Shown here piece after piece: positions 1 to 11,786 of a stretch of 64,000 nucleotides of DNA. Numbering within the stretch: the first letter of the stretch is position 1; each line of letters opens with the position of its first letter. The notes under the pieces are model-generated. The model saw only the letters and a program-made list of their open reading frames with translations. It searched no databases and was not told where the DNA came from. This DNA is from Selaginella moellendorffii (taxonomy: Eukaryota > Plantae > Lycopodiophyta). The DNA lies in NCBI RefSeq assembly GCF_000143415.4, contig NW_003314277.1, positions 1,687,185 to 1,751,184 on the forward strand, written 5' to 3'. The translations under genes and the position numbers were made by a program.

Positions 1-515
1 CACTGGAGCGAAGGTGTCGTTGTAGTCAAGTCCAGGAACTTGCGAGCATCCTTTCGCCACCAATCGCGCCTTGTAGCGAACCGAGCCATCAGGATTAAGC
101 TTCAGAGCATACACCCACATGCTCTTGATAATCTGGCAATTGGAAGGCACAGTTGGAACAAGAACATGTGTCTTGTTCTTTTGCTGTGAAGCAATCTCGG
201 CTTCCATTGCTACACGCCAGTAAGACGCTTCCTGTGAGGCCATGGCTTCTCCATAGGTCCTCGGAACAGTAGGAGTCCCAGCTGCACGAGAGGAGACCAT
301 TGTCTCGATGAGACGCTCAGTAGGCCGCCTTGTGCGGATCGATCTGCGTAGAGGATCTGGAGGAGGCGGCGGGGTTGGTGGTGTTGGAGTAGAAGCGGGC
401 ATAGATTGTTGCATAGGGACTGTTTGAAGCGGCACAGTGATCGTGCCGACAGTCAACTGATCTTGTTCCGCTTCAACGTCATTTTCTTCGGTCAAGGTAG
501 GTCTGGAAGTAGAAC
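1..515 (-). CDS. Copia reverse transcriptase N-terminus, out of frame with the upstream ORF
   Basis: The minus strand reads PRTYGEAM..WRVAMEAEI..WVYALKLNPDGSVRYKARLVAKGCSQVPGLDYNDTFAPV in a different frame. The frame change is near 510-525. Confidence 0.9.
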
Positions 516-2860
516 CTAGAAGGAAGAAACGAATTCTCGTTGAAAACCACATCTCTGCTCAGGATCTCCTGCTTCGTGATTGGATTCCAGAGACGATAGG
601 CTTTGTGATCGAGGCTGTAGCCCACAAACACAGCCTTCTGGCTCTTGGGGTCCAATTTCTTGCGCATTCCATCAGGGATGTGAGCCCACGCTTCACACCC
701 GAATATTCTCAGATGCGTAACTGTAGGTTTCTTGCCACTCCATGCTTCTTCAGGAGTGATGTCAGCAAGGGCAGAGGTGGGGAGCCGGTTCTGGAGATAG
801 TTCGCCGTCAAGACAGCGTGAAACCAGAAGCTGCGAGGCAAACCACTGGAAAGTAGCATTGCCCGAGCACTCTCCACTAGTGTGCGATTCTTGCGCTCAG
901 CTACGCCATTCTGTTGTGGAGTCTCTCGCGTTGTAAGTTCTCGCACAATCCCTCCTTGCTCACACAGCTCGTTGAAAGCATTGGAAGTGAATTCGCCTCC
1001 ACCATCACTTCTCAATCGCTTGAGCATTTTCCCAGTTTGTGTTTCTCCCATATCCTTGAAAGTCTGGAAGTAGTGTAACGATTGGGATTTGCGAGCCATA
1101 GGGTAGATCATAGTGCGACGACTGTAGTCATCAATGAAACTGATAAAGTATTGGATACCTCCCACTGCTGTGGTGGCCATCGGACCACACACATCAGTGT
1201 GTACAAGTTCCATGAGCTCTGTAGCTCGAGATGCTCCAGTCTTGGGGAAAGGTTGGCGAGTAGATTTTCCTAGCTGACAGCCCTGGCAAAATGGAAGAAC
1301 GGCTCTTGGGTCCAGGTCTAGACCTTCAACCATCTGCTCGCGTGCGAGCTGCTTGATTCTATCAGCACTAGGATGCCCCAGGCGTGCGTGCCAAAGCTCC
1401 AGTGAGTGACTGGTCGTTGTCTTTTGTGCGTGTAGGCCCAGACTCCGTCCAGCAAGATCTGGCAGCATGGTAAGGCGGTAGAGGTCACGCCGTCCAGGCC
1501 GGGACGCTGTGAGGATGGCTCCTGTGGTCGAGATCAGCTGGAATTGGCGAGGTGTAATAGCGAACTGATACCCATCCTCAGCAAATTGTCCCACAGAGAA
1601 CAAATTAGCACATAAACCAGGAATATAAAGAACCTCGTGGATCTTTACGACTATTCTTTGTGGTAAAGTGAACTTGATGGTTCCAATTCCTTTCACAGCA
1701 AGCTGCTGGGCATTGCCAACGATGACATACTCCTCTGTGGCTGTAGGATCATAGGCTTCAAAGTACTTATCACTGTTGAACATATGGTCTGTAGCAGCAG
1801 AATCCAGGTAGATGCACTCTGTAGACAGTGCTGCCACTGCCATAGCTCGTGACAAGATGAAGGCGTGTACCACCTTTTTCTTTGCATTGTTCCTTACAGG
1901 CTTGAGAGATGGATTTTTCACCCAGCATTGAGCTTCGTCATGGCCTTTCTTGTTGCAATGAGAACACTTGGGCTTCTTGGATGAAGAGGCTCCTTGTTTC
2001 CCTTTGTTCACTGTTTCTTTCCTGAGAGAAGAGTAGAATGCAACGGCCTCTGATCCTGTTGTTGCTCTTCGTCTCAGATCATCGTCCTGGAGGCTACTGA
2101 TCACGCCATTCAGGGTTAGAGGAGTTCCAGTGGTAGTGAGGCTACGTATGAGAGGATCAAAGGATGGAGGAAGTGTGACGAGCACCAGCTCTGCTTCTTC
2201 TTCATCCTCTATGTTCGCTCCCACATCCTTAAGATCATCTAAGATTGTTCTCGCTGCAGCAAGATGATCCTTGAGGTCGTCCCCTTCAGCCATCACCAGT
2301 GCATGAAGCTGCTTCCGTAAAAAGATGCGATGGGATGTTGAAGGGATCTGGTAAGTCTGCTTCATGGCCTCCCACGCTTCCTTTGCACTCTTGCACCGTC
2401 CAATGCAATGGAATTCTCGCCCCTCCAGCGCTGCATGGAATTTGCCCAAAGCTCTCCGGTCCTTCTTGCGATACTTCGCAGTTTCATCCACTGTAGCTGT
2501 ATCTGGAAGTGTCTCAGTTCCTGTGGTGATTTCCCAGAGGCCTCGTTCATCCATATAGGATTCGAATTTTGTCTTCCAGAAGCGCCAGTTCCTCCCATCA
2601 AATTTTGGTGGATTTGCGTCCACTGAAACGATATCCGCTGTAGGCACAGTCGGATTTGTGATGGGAGGGGAAATAGGTGGTGGATTTGGAGGCGGATTTG
2701 TGGGAACAGTGGCTGCCATGGGTGCCGACACCCAATCCCACCAGGCCTGGAGCGTTTGGATTAGGGCACGCCTCTGTCTACGTAGACGGAGGCTCCGATT
2801 CACCCTAGCAAGTGTCGCCCTGATCCTACGGTTTCGTATTCTTCTCGCTCTCCCAGGCAT
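479..2860 (-). CDS. Copia gag-pol polyprotein (Gag, CCHC knuckle, protease, GAG-pre-integrase, integrase)
   Basis: Motifs KFDGRNWRFWK, CSHCNKKGHDEAQC, YLDSAATDHM, LWHARLGH..CQGC, VHTDVCGP, LRSDGGGEF, QNGVAERKNR. The first ATG after the PBS is at 2860; the ORF-track start at 2908 lies inside the LTR. Confidence 0.93.
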   Translation of the reverse strand: MPGRARRIRNRRIRATLARVNRSLRLRRQRRALIQTLQAWWDWVSAPMAATVPTNPPPNPPPISPPITNPTVPTADIVSVDANPPKFDGRNWRFWKTKFESYMDERGLWEITTGTETLPDTATVDETAKYRKKDRRALGKFHAALEGREFHCIGRCKSAKEAWEAMKQTYQIPSTSHRIFLRKQLHALVMAEGDDLKDHLAAARTILDDLKDVGANIEDEEEAELVLVTLPPSFDPLIRSLTTTGTPLTLNGVISSLQDDDLRRRATTGSEAVAFYSSLRKETVNKGKQGASSSKKPKCSHCNKKGHDEAQCWVKNPSLKPVRNNAKKKVVHAFILSRAMAVAALSTECIYLDSAATDHMFNSDKYFEAYDPTATEEYVIVGNAQQLAVKGIGTIKFTLPQRIVVKIHEVLYIPGLCANLFSVGQFAEDGYQFAITPRQFQLISTTGAILTASRPGRRDLYRLTMLPDLAGRSLGLHAQKTTTSHSLELWHARLGHPSADRIKQLAREQMVEGLDLDPRAVLPFCQGCQLGKSTRQPFPKTGASRATELMELVHTDVCGPMATTAVGGIQYFISFIDDYSRRTMIYPMARKSQSLHYFQTFKDMGETQTGKMLKRLRSDGGGEFTSNAFNELCEQGGIVRELTTRETPQQNGVAERKNRTLVESARAMLLSSGLPRSFWFHAVLTANYLQNRLPTSALADITPEEAWSGKKPTVTHLRIFGCEAWAHIPDGMRKKLDPKSQKAVFVGYSLDHKAYRLWNPITKQEILSRDVVFNENSFLPSRFYFQTYLDRRK

Positions 2861-2873
2861 GGCTCCGATACCA
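2861..2873 (-). promoter_or_regulatory. Primer-binding site, tRNA-iMet type
   Basis: TGGTATCGGAGCC on the minus strand (canonical TGGTATCAGAGC). Confidence 0.85.
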
Positions 2874-3023
2874 TCTAACGAAAGGTGAAACTGTGTGATG
2901 GTGCTCAAGATCCGTCATAGCATATATGGAATGGAAAATGTACATATGTGTGACATGGTGAACCGGTGAAGACTCGTGTCTCTCCACGTGGACTAACCAC
3001 GTGGCACAGGGCCACTCTCAACA
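2874..3023 (-). repeat. 5' LTR of the copia element (TGTTGAGAGT...TTAGA)
   Basis: Starts TGTTG on the minus strand at 3023 and abuts the PBS at 2873. The second LTR is outside the window, so the outer boundary is inferred. Confidence 0.7.
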
Positions 3024-3680
3024 TCTTGGAGCTTCAACCTATTGTCTGCTCCATCATACCGGTCAATGGGAAACTTCTCGCAATCCTACCAGCGAGATGG
3101 TGCTGGACCTTTGCCTAAGATTCCTTCTCCTGCTAAGACACATATATCGGCTTGCTAGATCTGCTCAATCAGTTCCTCGTACCATTGAGGTTACTTTGAT
3201 GATTGAAAGTACCCTCCTTCACAGATGGAGGTCAAGCGGAGGTCCAGCATCGATGCACTATCGGTTGGACTTTCTTATGATGTAGCATCGACTGGTCTGT
3301 TCTGGAGAAGTTTTTGGCACCGTTGACGGTCTTACAGGCTTTTTGCAGATACAACAAGGTGTTCCAGTATCTACTACGTTTGAAGCGGATTCAGCTTGAG
3401 CTTGAGAAGTCTTGGGCAAAAGCCATGCAACGTGATCAAAGGTGAGGCCCTCAGATGATCCCAAAGTTTCAGGTATGCCATATGTCCTACTTGATAACAA
3501 ATCTACAGTTCTACATGCAGGTAAGAGATTCAACAGAACTCATGATCAATATGCTTTGTTTGCTCAGGTGGATGTTATCGACAATGGAGCATAGAAAGGT
3601 TCTACAGAAATTCTATTTCATTCCATTCCAAGATTCTAAAGTATTTTTAACTTGATCTTTATATAGGTACTTGTCAGTAC
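3024..3680 (+). pseudogene. GCP4: Gamma-tubulin complex component 4 (GCP4) pseudogene fragment
   Basis: Exon 3349-3520 reads YNKVFQYLLRLKRIQLELEKSWAKAM...HMSYLITNLQFYMQ. A GT-AG intron follows, then VDVID. This matches the plant GCP4 C-terminal region as I recall it. There is an in-frame TGA at ~3443 and further stops downstream. Confidence 0.75.
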
Positions 3681-4499
3681 GCTCCAACGGCTATAGAACT
3701 CCGCCTCCACCCAAGCTGACCCACAGCTGGATTTCTGAGAGCAAGCGAGGGAGACTTTCTTGTTCCGGAATGGCCCTTTCCCATCTGCCTGTATGCATCA
3801 GCATGCTCCTGAATCCCCCTCCTTGCACTGCTTGCAGCAGCAGCGGCAGCATTTGAGAACCTGTGACTTTCTCCACCATAGGTTTTGACTGATATTTTGT
3901 AAGATCTGATATATGTGTGTTGAAATAAATCATTCATTTTTGTGGTGGAAAAAAATTGCAACAAGGATGTATCATTCCTTTGTAAGCTGAGTGGTATTTG
4001 TGGCCAAGAGGAGCAGAGGAATCTCATTTCATTCCAAGCATAAGCGGGAGCGATTACCAGTAGCCAAGAGGAGAAGAGGAATCTCAGGAGTTCTATTTCA
4101 AAATGGCAGCAATAAACATCACAGCAATTTACCTTGGCCGTATGGGTTGGTTGGCTTCTCCTGCTTTGGCTGCCCGAAGGTAAAACACCTTGTTCAGGAT
4201 CACACCTTTAGTGCTCCCAGCTAGATGGTGCGGTGCGGCATTTAAACTTCTTAGTGCAAATGCATGCAATGGTCGAAGAAAGCAAGACAACACTGTGAAA
4301 AAAGCAGCAGGTTTTTAGCTTGAGATTCAAGTTTGGGTGTGAAGAAAGTAGGACAACATTGTGAAGAAAGCAGCGGGGACTTGACTATAGAGACTGCACT
4401 CGAAGAAAGCAGCAAAGAAAGTGGTAGTGCAATAAATTTGGTTGCTAGCGATGGGCAACTAGATTCAAGTCTTTGTGGAAGGGTGAAGCGTTCACATCA

Positions 4500-7400
4500 G
4501 TAGGTAGAGGAGGCAATGTCAGACATAAAGTCTTCTTCCATGCATGCAGATATCAAGGCAGTGGCGACCCAGCATGCCTGTGTTTTCACTCGAAAGATTA
4601 GTAATTGTTCTAGTGAAGTTACCGGGATAACACATTGGATTGAGTTAGAACCACACTCCATCGCAGTTAACTCTTCGATAATTCATCTAAGTTGGGAGGA
4701 ATGAGCCATTGTTGATGCCATGTGGAGGAATTACAACAGGAAGGGTTGGTGGAGGAAAGCATTAGTCTGTTCGCATCTCCAATACTTCTTGTTTTTAAGA
4801 AGGATGGTTCATGGAGATTGGTGGTGGATTACAGGGCCCTTAATAGGATAAGCATCAAGAACAGGTTTCCTATTCCCAGGGTAGATGAGCTTCTGGATGA
4901 GCTTGGCAACGGCAAGTTCTTTTCCAAGATTGACCTTCATTCTGGTTACTATCAAATTGCCATGTAGGACGAGGACAAGGCCAAGACAGCATTTAGAACT
5001 CATCGGGGATTGTTTCAATTTAGAGTAATGCCTTTTGGCCTTACTAATGTGCCTGTTACATTCCAAAGTCTCATGAACAAGATCTTGGCTAAGTATTTCT
5101 TCCAGTTCATTATATTTTTTTTTTATGACATACTAATCTATAGTTGGGACTGGACAGAGCACCTACACCACTTGGAAGTGATTTTATCCATTTTGGAGAA
5201 CAATGCATTGGTTGCAAAGTTATCCAAGTGTTCTTTTGGACTGAAGACCATTCAGTACCTTGGATCCTATGTAGGACATGGCAAGTTTTTGCATAAATCC
5301 ATAAAAATTGCAAGTTTTTGCATCCCAAATCTTTGAACACCTTTTATGGCTTTGCAAACAATTTATGTCACTTTATAGAACACTTTGCCTCTATTGCAGC
5401 CCCGCTCAGCACTATTTTGCACTCTTCTACTTTTCAATGTTTAGATGCAGCCCAAGAATCATTTGAGTTGCTGAAGCAACGACTTTTGGGTGCACCATTA
5501 CTTTTGCTTCCTGATTTCTCGCAACCTTTCACTATTGAAACTAATGCATCAGATGCAGGAATTGGAGCGGTTCTCTGCCAAAGAGAGGATTTGGTGGCTT
5601 TCAATAGTCGTCATTTCTCTATTTAGGAGTCCAGGTTACCAGTGTATGAACAGGAAATGCTAGCAGGTGGTCGCTGGTGCCACTATCTGTTGCCTTGACG
5701 GTTTACGCTCCAGACAGACCATCACAGCCTCAAATTTATCTTGGATCAACAACATTTGTCCAAAAAACAACAGTGCTGGGTGGAGCAACTGCAAGCATTG
5801 GATTTCACTATTGAGTTTTGACTAGGGAAAAGCAACATCCTTCCCAATGTGTTATCACGACAATTTGAAGGTACTGAAGCATCAACATTGTCTAGTATTT
5901 CCAGACGGGAACAACATATGTTGATAAGATTCACAAAGGCTGCTTGCTGGATCTGACACTTTCGGGTATCTAGCAACAGTTTCGTGACAATCCCGACTAT
6001 ACACATGACAAGCTGATGTATCATGAGAACTTATTATGGCGAAAGGGTCTATAGTTCTCAGTTCAAGCCACAACTTATGCAAGGAGACCTTCCAAGAGTG
6101 TCATGGAAGCATTTTGGCAAGACATCTTGGTGTTTGGGGGACAACAGTTGCAATCAAATAGTGGTTTTACTGGAAGGGACTCTAGCGGGAAGTTTGCAAA
6201 TGGATATGAGCTTGTCCAACTTGCCAAACACAGAAAGCGGAGTCAATTGCAACACCAGGTCTGTTTGTTCCATTGCTAATTGCTTCTTCATCCTTCAATA
6301 GAATTTCATTGTGGGCTTCCCTTCAGTCTGTGGCTTCAATGCTATTTTTGTCATTGTGAACCGTTTTTCTAATGTGGTGCACTTTATTCCTACATCTTCA
6401 ACTAGCTTGGCACGGCAAATAGCTGAATCCTTTTGGTCCAAGGTAGTTCGGCATCATGGTCTTCTATTAGACGTTGTCTTAAATCACAATACCAAATTTT
6501 TTAGTGCATTTTGGATGGCAACTTTTTGCCATTTGGGAGTGAAGCTGAACTTCTCCACAGCTTATCACCCTTAGTCTAATGGTCAGACCGAACGAACCAA
6601 CTAGACATTGGAAGTTTTTCTCCACAGCTACACTAGGGACAAGCCGCATTCATGGTTGCAATGGTTACCATTTGTAGAGTTTGCTTACAACACTACTTTT
6701 CACTCATCTATCAGTATGGCTCCATTCACAGCTCTTTATGGGAAAGAAATTCGAAAGTTTCCTGTCCCGAGTGAAACTTCAAGTGAATAGGATGTTTTAC
6801 AGTATATTCAAGTGATGGAAGCTCTTCAACTTCTACTCCATAAGCAATTGGATGCAGCCTGTCAATCTATGAAGGTGATAGCCCGTGTTACGAACACGGC
6901 CGGGATCCCGGCCGTGTTCACCGTGTTTCACGAACACGGCCATGGGTCGTGTTCCCACGGCCGTGTCGTGAACAGTGGTCCGTGTTTTTAACACGGACCA
7001 CTGTTCAGAATATTCTCGCGCAGAATATTCTGGTTTTAGGGCACACGGCATCACACGACAATCCAGCCAGGGCGCACCATTTCAGGGCACAACAGCAGCA
7101 ATCCAAGGCAAACAAGCATGGTGCAGCAATCCAGCATACTGCGAAAGCATCCTTCTTCGCGATGGTGGGATGAGGTAAGTGTTCTTGAGAGCAGGGGGCA
7201 TGGCCACAAATTATGGTCATGCAAATACTGCCCAATGGTGAACAAACTGAGTGGTGTTGATCGTGTGCGAGCTCATCTGTTAGGAGAAGGCCCAGGCAGC
7301 AAGGATATTGTGAGTTGTGCAGGATATTTGAGTAGTTTAAAAGTGTGAAGTAGTTTATGTGCAAATAAAAATATTAAGAATAATATAATAAAATATAGCA

Positions 7401-8333
7401 TATTCCTATAATAATATAATAAGAAATAGAATATAATTTTTAAATAACATATTCTTAGAATATTCAGTAGAATATTCGTGAGCCATCGTGGGCCGTGATC
7501 GTGTTCCGTGTTCGGGTTCCTGAAATCTGAGGCTCGTGTTCGTGTTCCGTATTCGTGTTCGTAACTATGGCACTGATACTGATAGCTGATTGTTCAAGGT
7601 CATTCTAGTCATTCCAGGTGGGTCACTTTGTTTATGTCAAATTTCATCCAGAAAGGCATACCTTGGGACATCAAGCTTCAGCTTGTTTGAAGCTGCATCT
7701 AAAGTTCTTCAAACCATTTGAAGTGATGGCTCAATTCAATGAGGTTGCCTACCGGTTGCAATTTCCCAACTCATCACGGCTACATGACATTTTCTATGTC
7801 TCCGAGCTGAAGCTTCACATGGGACCATCACCAACTTCCAGCATTTCTACTACTTTCCCAGAGCCTCAGATGGTATCAGGTGACCATACACTCCTTCAGC
7901 CATAGACAGTGGTAGCAATGGACTTTATTACTCTTTGCAAACATCATATTCCTTTCTTCTGAATTTGCTAGACAGGAACTAATTCATCTTTTGACACCTA
8001 GGTTGATCAGAAATAGTTCCACTAGCTACACTCTCTTTCAGTGGGAACCACTTCTTCTTGTGACTATTGAGGGACCAGTAGGCATTTTTTGGGGAGGAGT
8101 GTGATGTTAGGATCTTGGATGGTTTTGGCCTGGACAGTTTAGACTTGGTGAGCAAGGTATGGCAAGGATTCTTCATAAAAGGAGGGAGAACACAATATGG
8201 AAGGTAGGTTATATTTTGTGGGGTTTTATTTTCTTCTCTCCCCTCTTCTAATTTCTCTCTTTTTCTCCTCTATATTTCTCTTCCATGGAATATATTGGTG
8301 ATTCCTACCAGGAGATCTGGGCAGATCTCAACA
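4500..8333 (+). mobile_element. Degenerate Ty3/gypsy element (RT, RNaseH, integrase, PPT, putative 3' LTR)
   Basis: Motifs SPILLVFKKDGSWRLVVDYRALN, FSKIDLHSGYYQI, VMPFGLTN, PDFSQPFTIETNASDAGIGAVL, FSTAYHP, EFAYN, with many stops and frameshifts. Purine tract GGGGAGGAG at ~8091, then TGTTAG at ~8105 to AACA at 8333. Confidence 0.9.
6883..7569 (+). mobile_element. Non-autonomous hAT-like DNA transposon (deletion derivative)
   Basis: Imperfect terminal inverted repeats CCGTGTTACGAACACG / CGTGTTCGTAACTATG and CGTGTTC subterminal repeats. An internal BED-finger relic reads WSCKYC...GVDRVRAHLLG...DIVSC (7118-7348). The element interrupts the gypsy integrase tail. Confidence 0.8.
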
Positions 8334-8334
8334 G

Positions 8335-11300
8335 TCAGCCTTGAAGTAGTACACCTCCCACTCCTATGTCCAAAGCATCAATTTTCATGATGAACTTCTT
8401 TGAAAAATCTAGAAGAGCAAGCTCATAGCTATACATCACCATAAATAGAGACATGCTAATAGTCAATAAATGAACACTATTGTGAGTAAACTGAAGCAAA
8501 GGCAAGTATTTCTCCCATACTCCCTGTCGAGTCAAGTTTCTTACAAAAGACCTTAATATATCTTCCAACAACTGATTCATATGCTCTATTTGCCTATCTG
8601 ATTGTGGATGCTCACCACTACTTATGCTCAGCTTTCTTTAGCTTCTTAAAGACTGTTTGCCAAAACTTGGATGTGAACTTGGGATCTCAATCATTCATAA
8701 TGTCACCCAAAAAACCATAGAGATTGAATAATCATCTACAAACAATTGAGCAAGTTCAAAGCCTTAATAGTCATCTTTACTGCAAAAAAGTGAGCATCTT
8801 TGTCAAAAGATCTAAAACAACCTAAATAGCATAATTTCCTCGAAAGGTTTTGGGCAAACCAATGATAAAGTAAGTTGAGATGCTATTCCACTTATTTTTG
8901 AGTACACATAGAGGATAATAGAGGCTAGTGAACTTCTGATGATCCTCTAATAGGTCAAATTATAAGCAACTGAATTTTCCATTCTACTTTAGTCACTTAA
9001 CCAAACTTTTGACCACTTGAAAGAATTTCACTCATGACCTCTATAAGTCTTATTCCCGACTTAAGGACATGCTAGTCCTGAGAATGGCATTTATGCCATT
9101 CAGCCTTTGCACTTAATCCATGTGCTTCATATGTTTGATCCTATAACTGACACCTAAAGGTACCATTGACATATTAACCTGTTACACTAAAACCATACCC
9201 ATTCACATTTATCACACTAGTGGTCTAAAACCACTTGCATCATAGTCCTATCTCTCAAACCCTCTATCCATGAGTGGTCATCCCTTGACCACACTTTAGC
9301 ACCTTTAGGATGCCCAAAGACATAAGAAACACCCTTCCCTAATGTCTTTTCTTCAGTCCCCACCAAGTCTTTCTTCAACCATAGCTATGACATTGCCACT
9401 GGGTTAGGGCTCAAGGGCTTGACCACTAAGTCCTATTGATCCCTGGGGCTAATTGCATCCTTGGTCATTACACAAAAGGATTGCTCCTCTTTCTTTCCAC
9501 TGTCCAAGACTTTGGAATAATATTTCAAAACACTGTGGCCTTACACTAGCCTTGTGGGTACTCTCCTCACCTTCCACCTTTGGGTGCCCTAGCCATGAGG
9601 CTAGAGTAAGGTTCCAATAAGCCACCCCAAGTATCCAAGTAGGTAGTGCCACCACCACACTTGGATTGGGAGCATCAACCATTCGATCTCTTAAGGGAGT
9701 TAGAGCTGGCTCTTGAACATTTTACCAAGTTACCCCACTTATCCATATATGTTCACTTTAGCCTTGGACTCCTTAGTGGTTATAGCATCACCCACCACAT
9801 AAGTATAGCCTTCCTTAGTCACACTAGTTTTTTTTTAGCCAAACTGGCTCTACTGGAGTCCTCCCCCTTACTATACTTTTGGAGCTCACCAAACCCCCCA
9901 GGTTTGGGAGATAATCGCTTTGGGCTTCCACCCTTAGACTTAGATTGGGACTAGGACTTGGTCTCAGTTTCGGTCTCGGTCTTGGTCTTGGTCTCTTTCT
10001 CGGCCTTGACTTTGGACTCCATCTTAGGTCCATCTCGGATTTCATCTCGGGTCCATCTCAGATCTATATCAAACTCCATCTCAAGTCTATCTTAAGTTCA
10101 TATTAGACTCCATCTCAGACTTGTTCCTGACACTTCCATGTGTCACAACACTTGCCATATATCAGTCCTTCTTGTGTCCTTTTTTAGAGACTCATTCACC
10201 AATTTCTTTGTGCTCATCCCTTGAGCACTTCGTTCAGAGTTTCACTCTCACTTTCGACTTTCCAAGTCGAAGCCTTTGATCCAAACATGTTATACTTGTT
10301 GGACTTCTGCTTTGACCATTGCCATGTGGCACCCTTTCTGCTCCACTTTGGGGCTTAGGAATTTGTGTTTCACACAAACAGCCATGTATATACTTCTCAA
10401 TATCTAACTTCATCCCAGGCCAAAAGAAATGCTTCTTCACCAATATATACGTTCTTAGTACCCCTGAATGCCCAACACTTAGCACATCATGACACTCAAC
10501 CAAAATCCATTTGATGAGTTTGTCAATACAACGAACTACTATATGTCCCTTCTTCACTAGGATTCCATCTTGTATCTCAGATGACGCAAACTTGCCACCC
10601 TTTAAATCTATAGAGGCGTCCCTTGATAAAACTTTCGCATGAATATCAGTGATAAAGGAATTGAAGTTAGAAAACTCCTTAAGCTCATCCAAGAGATCAA
10701 TGGATAGCTTCACGAATGAGATATAATTTACCATCCTGGATAATGCATCAGCCACCTTATTATCACCTCCATGCTTGTATTTAATTTTAACAGACATTTC
10801 TTGTAGAAACTCTTACCAATGAGCAAGGCAGTCTCAAAGATCCTTTTGTTGACTAAAATGCTAGAGGGACTGATAATTTGAATCTACTTGGAAGTCTGAT
10901 CCATACAAATAATGTTGCCATTCCTTGGCTTATATAAGAGAATGCCCAACTTGAAGCAAGACAACTCTAATAGCAATGTCACTTGCATCTATCTCAACTA
11001 CAAGAAGCTAGATGTGAAAGATCCACCACAATAAATACTTGAGCTGTATCCATAATGGATCCCTTCAACCTCTTCAAACTTCTTGACAAACGAAGTGTGG
11101 AAAACCTTTGTCAAATCACTCCAAGGATTGGGGTTAGATTAGCTTTGATGTATTTTTTCCACCACGAAGAAGCATGGCACGTAATCTTCATCACAAAAAA
11201 ATCAATCTTCACCTTATCTTCACAAGGGTTGTGAGACTAATAACTTTCCCATAATTCCAGCCAAGAATCAACTTCCTAACTATCACAAACATCACAAACA

Positions 11301-11700
11301 TCTAATGATGACTTCCATTCCACAATACTATAATCCTTGGCATGCTTGACATACGAATGGTAATCACAAACCCATTTAACCCTTGAGGGTCCATGTGAAG
11401 CAAGAAATCTTTAATGAGATTGATAAAATCCTTAACCTCCTTAATGTCACTCTAGAAATCTGACGTCTTTATTGCACAACAACATCATCAAGAGTTTCTT
11501 CCTTATCGTCATAGCCATCATCACTAATGCCATACTCATCAAGATCAATATCTTACTCATCCACCATCCCTAAAAGAACATGCTATTCCGATACCAATGA
11601 AACGAACACCTACACCAACCTCCCAACCCTTAAGGTGTACAGCCTTAAATCCCATATCCTATGGAATATTCTCAGAAAATTCCTGTGGTTTGTGTCAAGT
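8335..11700 (-). mobile_element. Degenerate gypsy pol fragments (RNaseH, integrase) split by a solo LTR
   Basis: NKVADALSR and ECHDVLSVGHSGVLRTY..FFWPGM..HGC at 10234-10797; NQLLEDILRSFV..WEKYLPLLQFTHNS at 8335-8580. Confidence 0.8.
8961..10374 (-). repeat. LTR-1 family solo LTR, copy A (older)
   Basis: Aligns end to end with copy B. Flanks CAAAT/CAAAC are a near-TSD. Inserted in the integrase zinc-finger region. Confidence 0.8.
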
Positions 11701-11786
11701 GACACTTACAGGGAAACAACATGATATGTAGAGGAGAGGTGTTGATGAAAGGTCAAGGTGCTAACTAAAAACTGCCATGCCTGGAG

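Larger units (their letters stand above)
1..3023 (-). mobile_element. Ty1/copia LTR retrotransposon, 5' portion (runs off the left edge of the window)
   Basis: On the minus strand: a 150-bp LTR, a PBS, then gag-PR-INT-RT in copia order. Confidence 0.95.
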
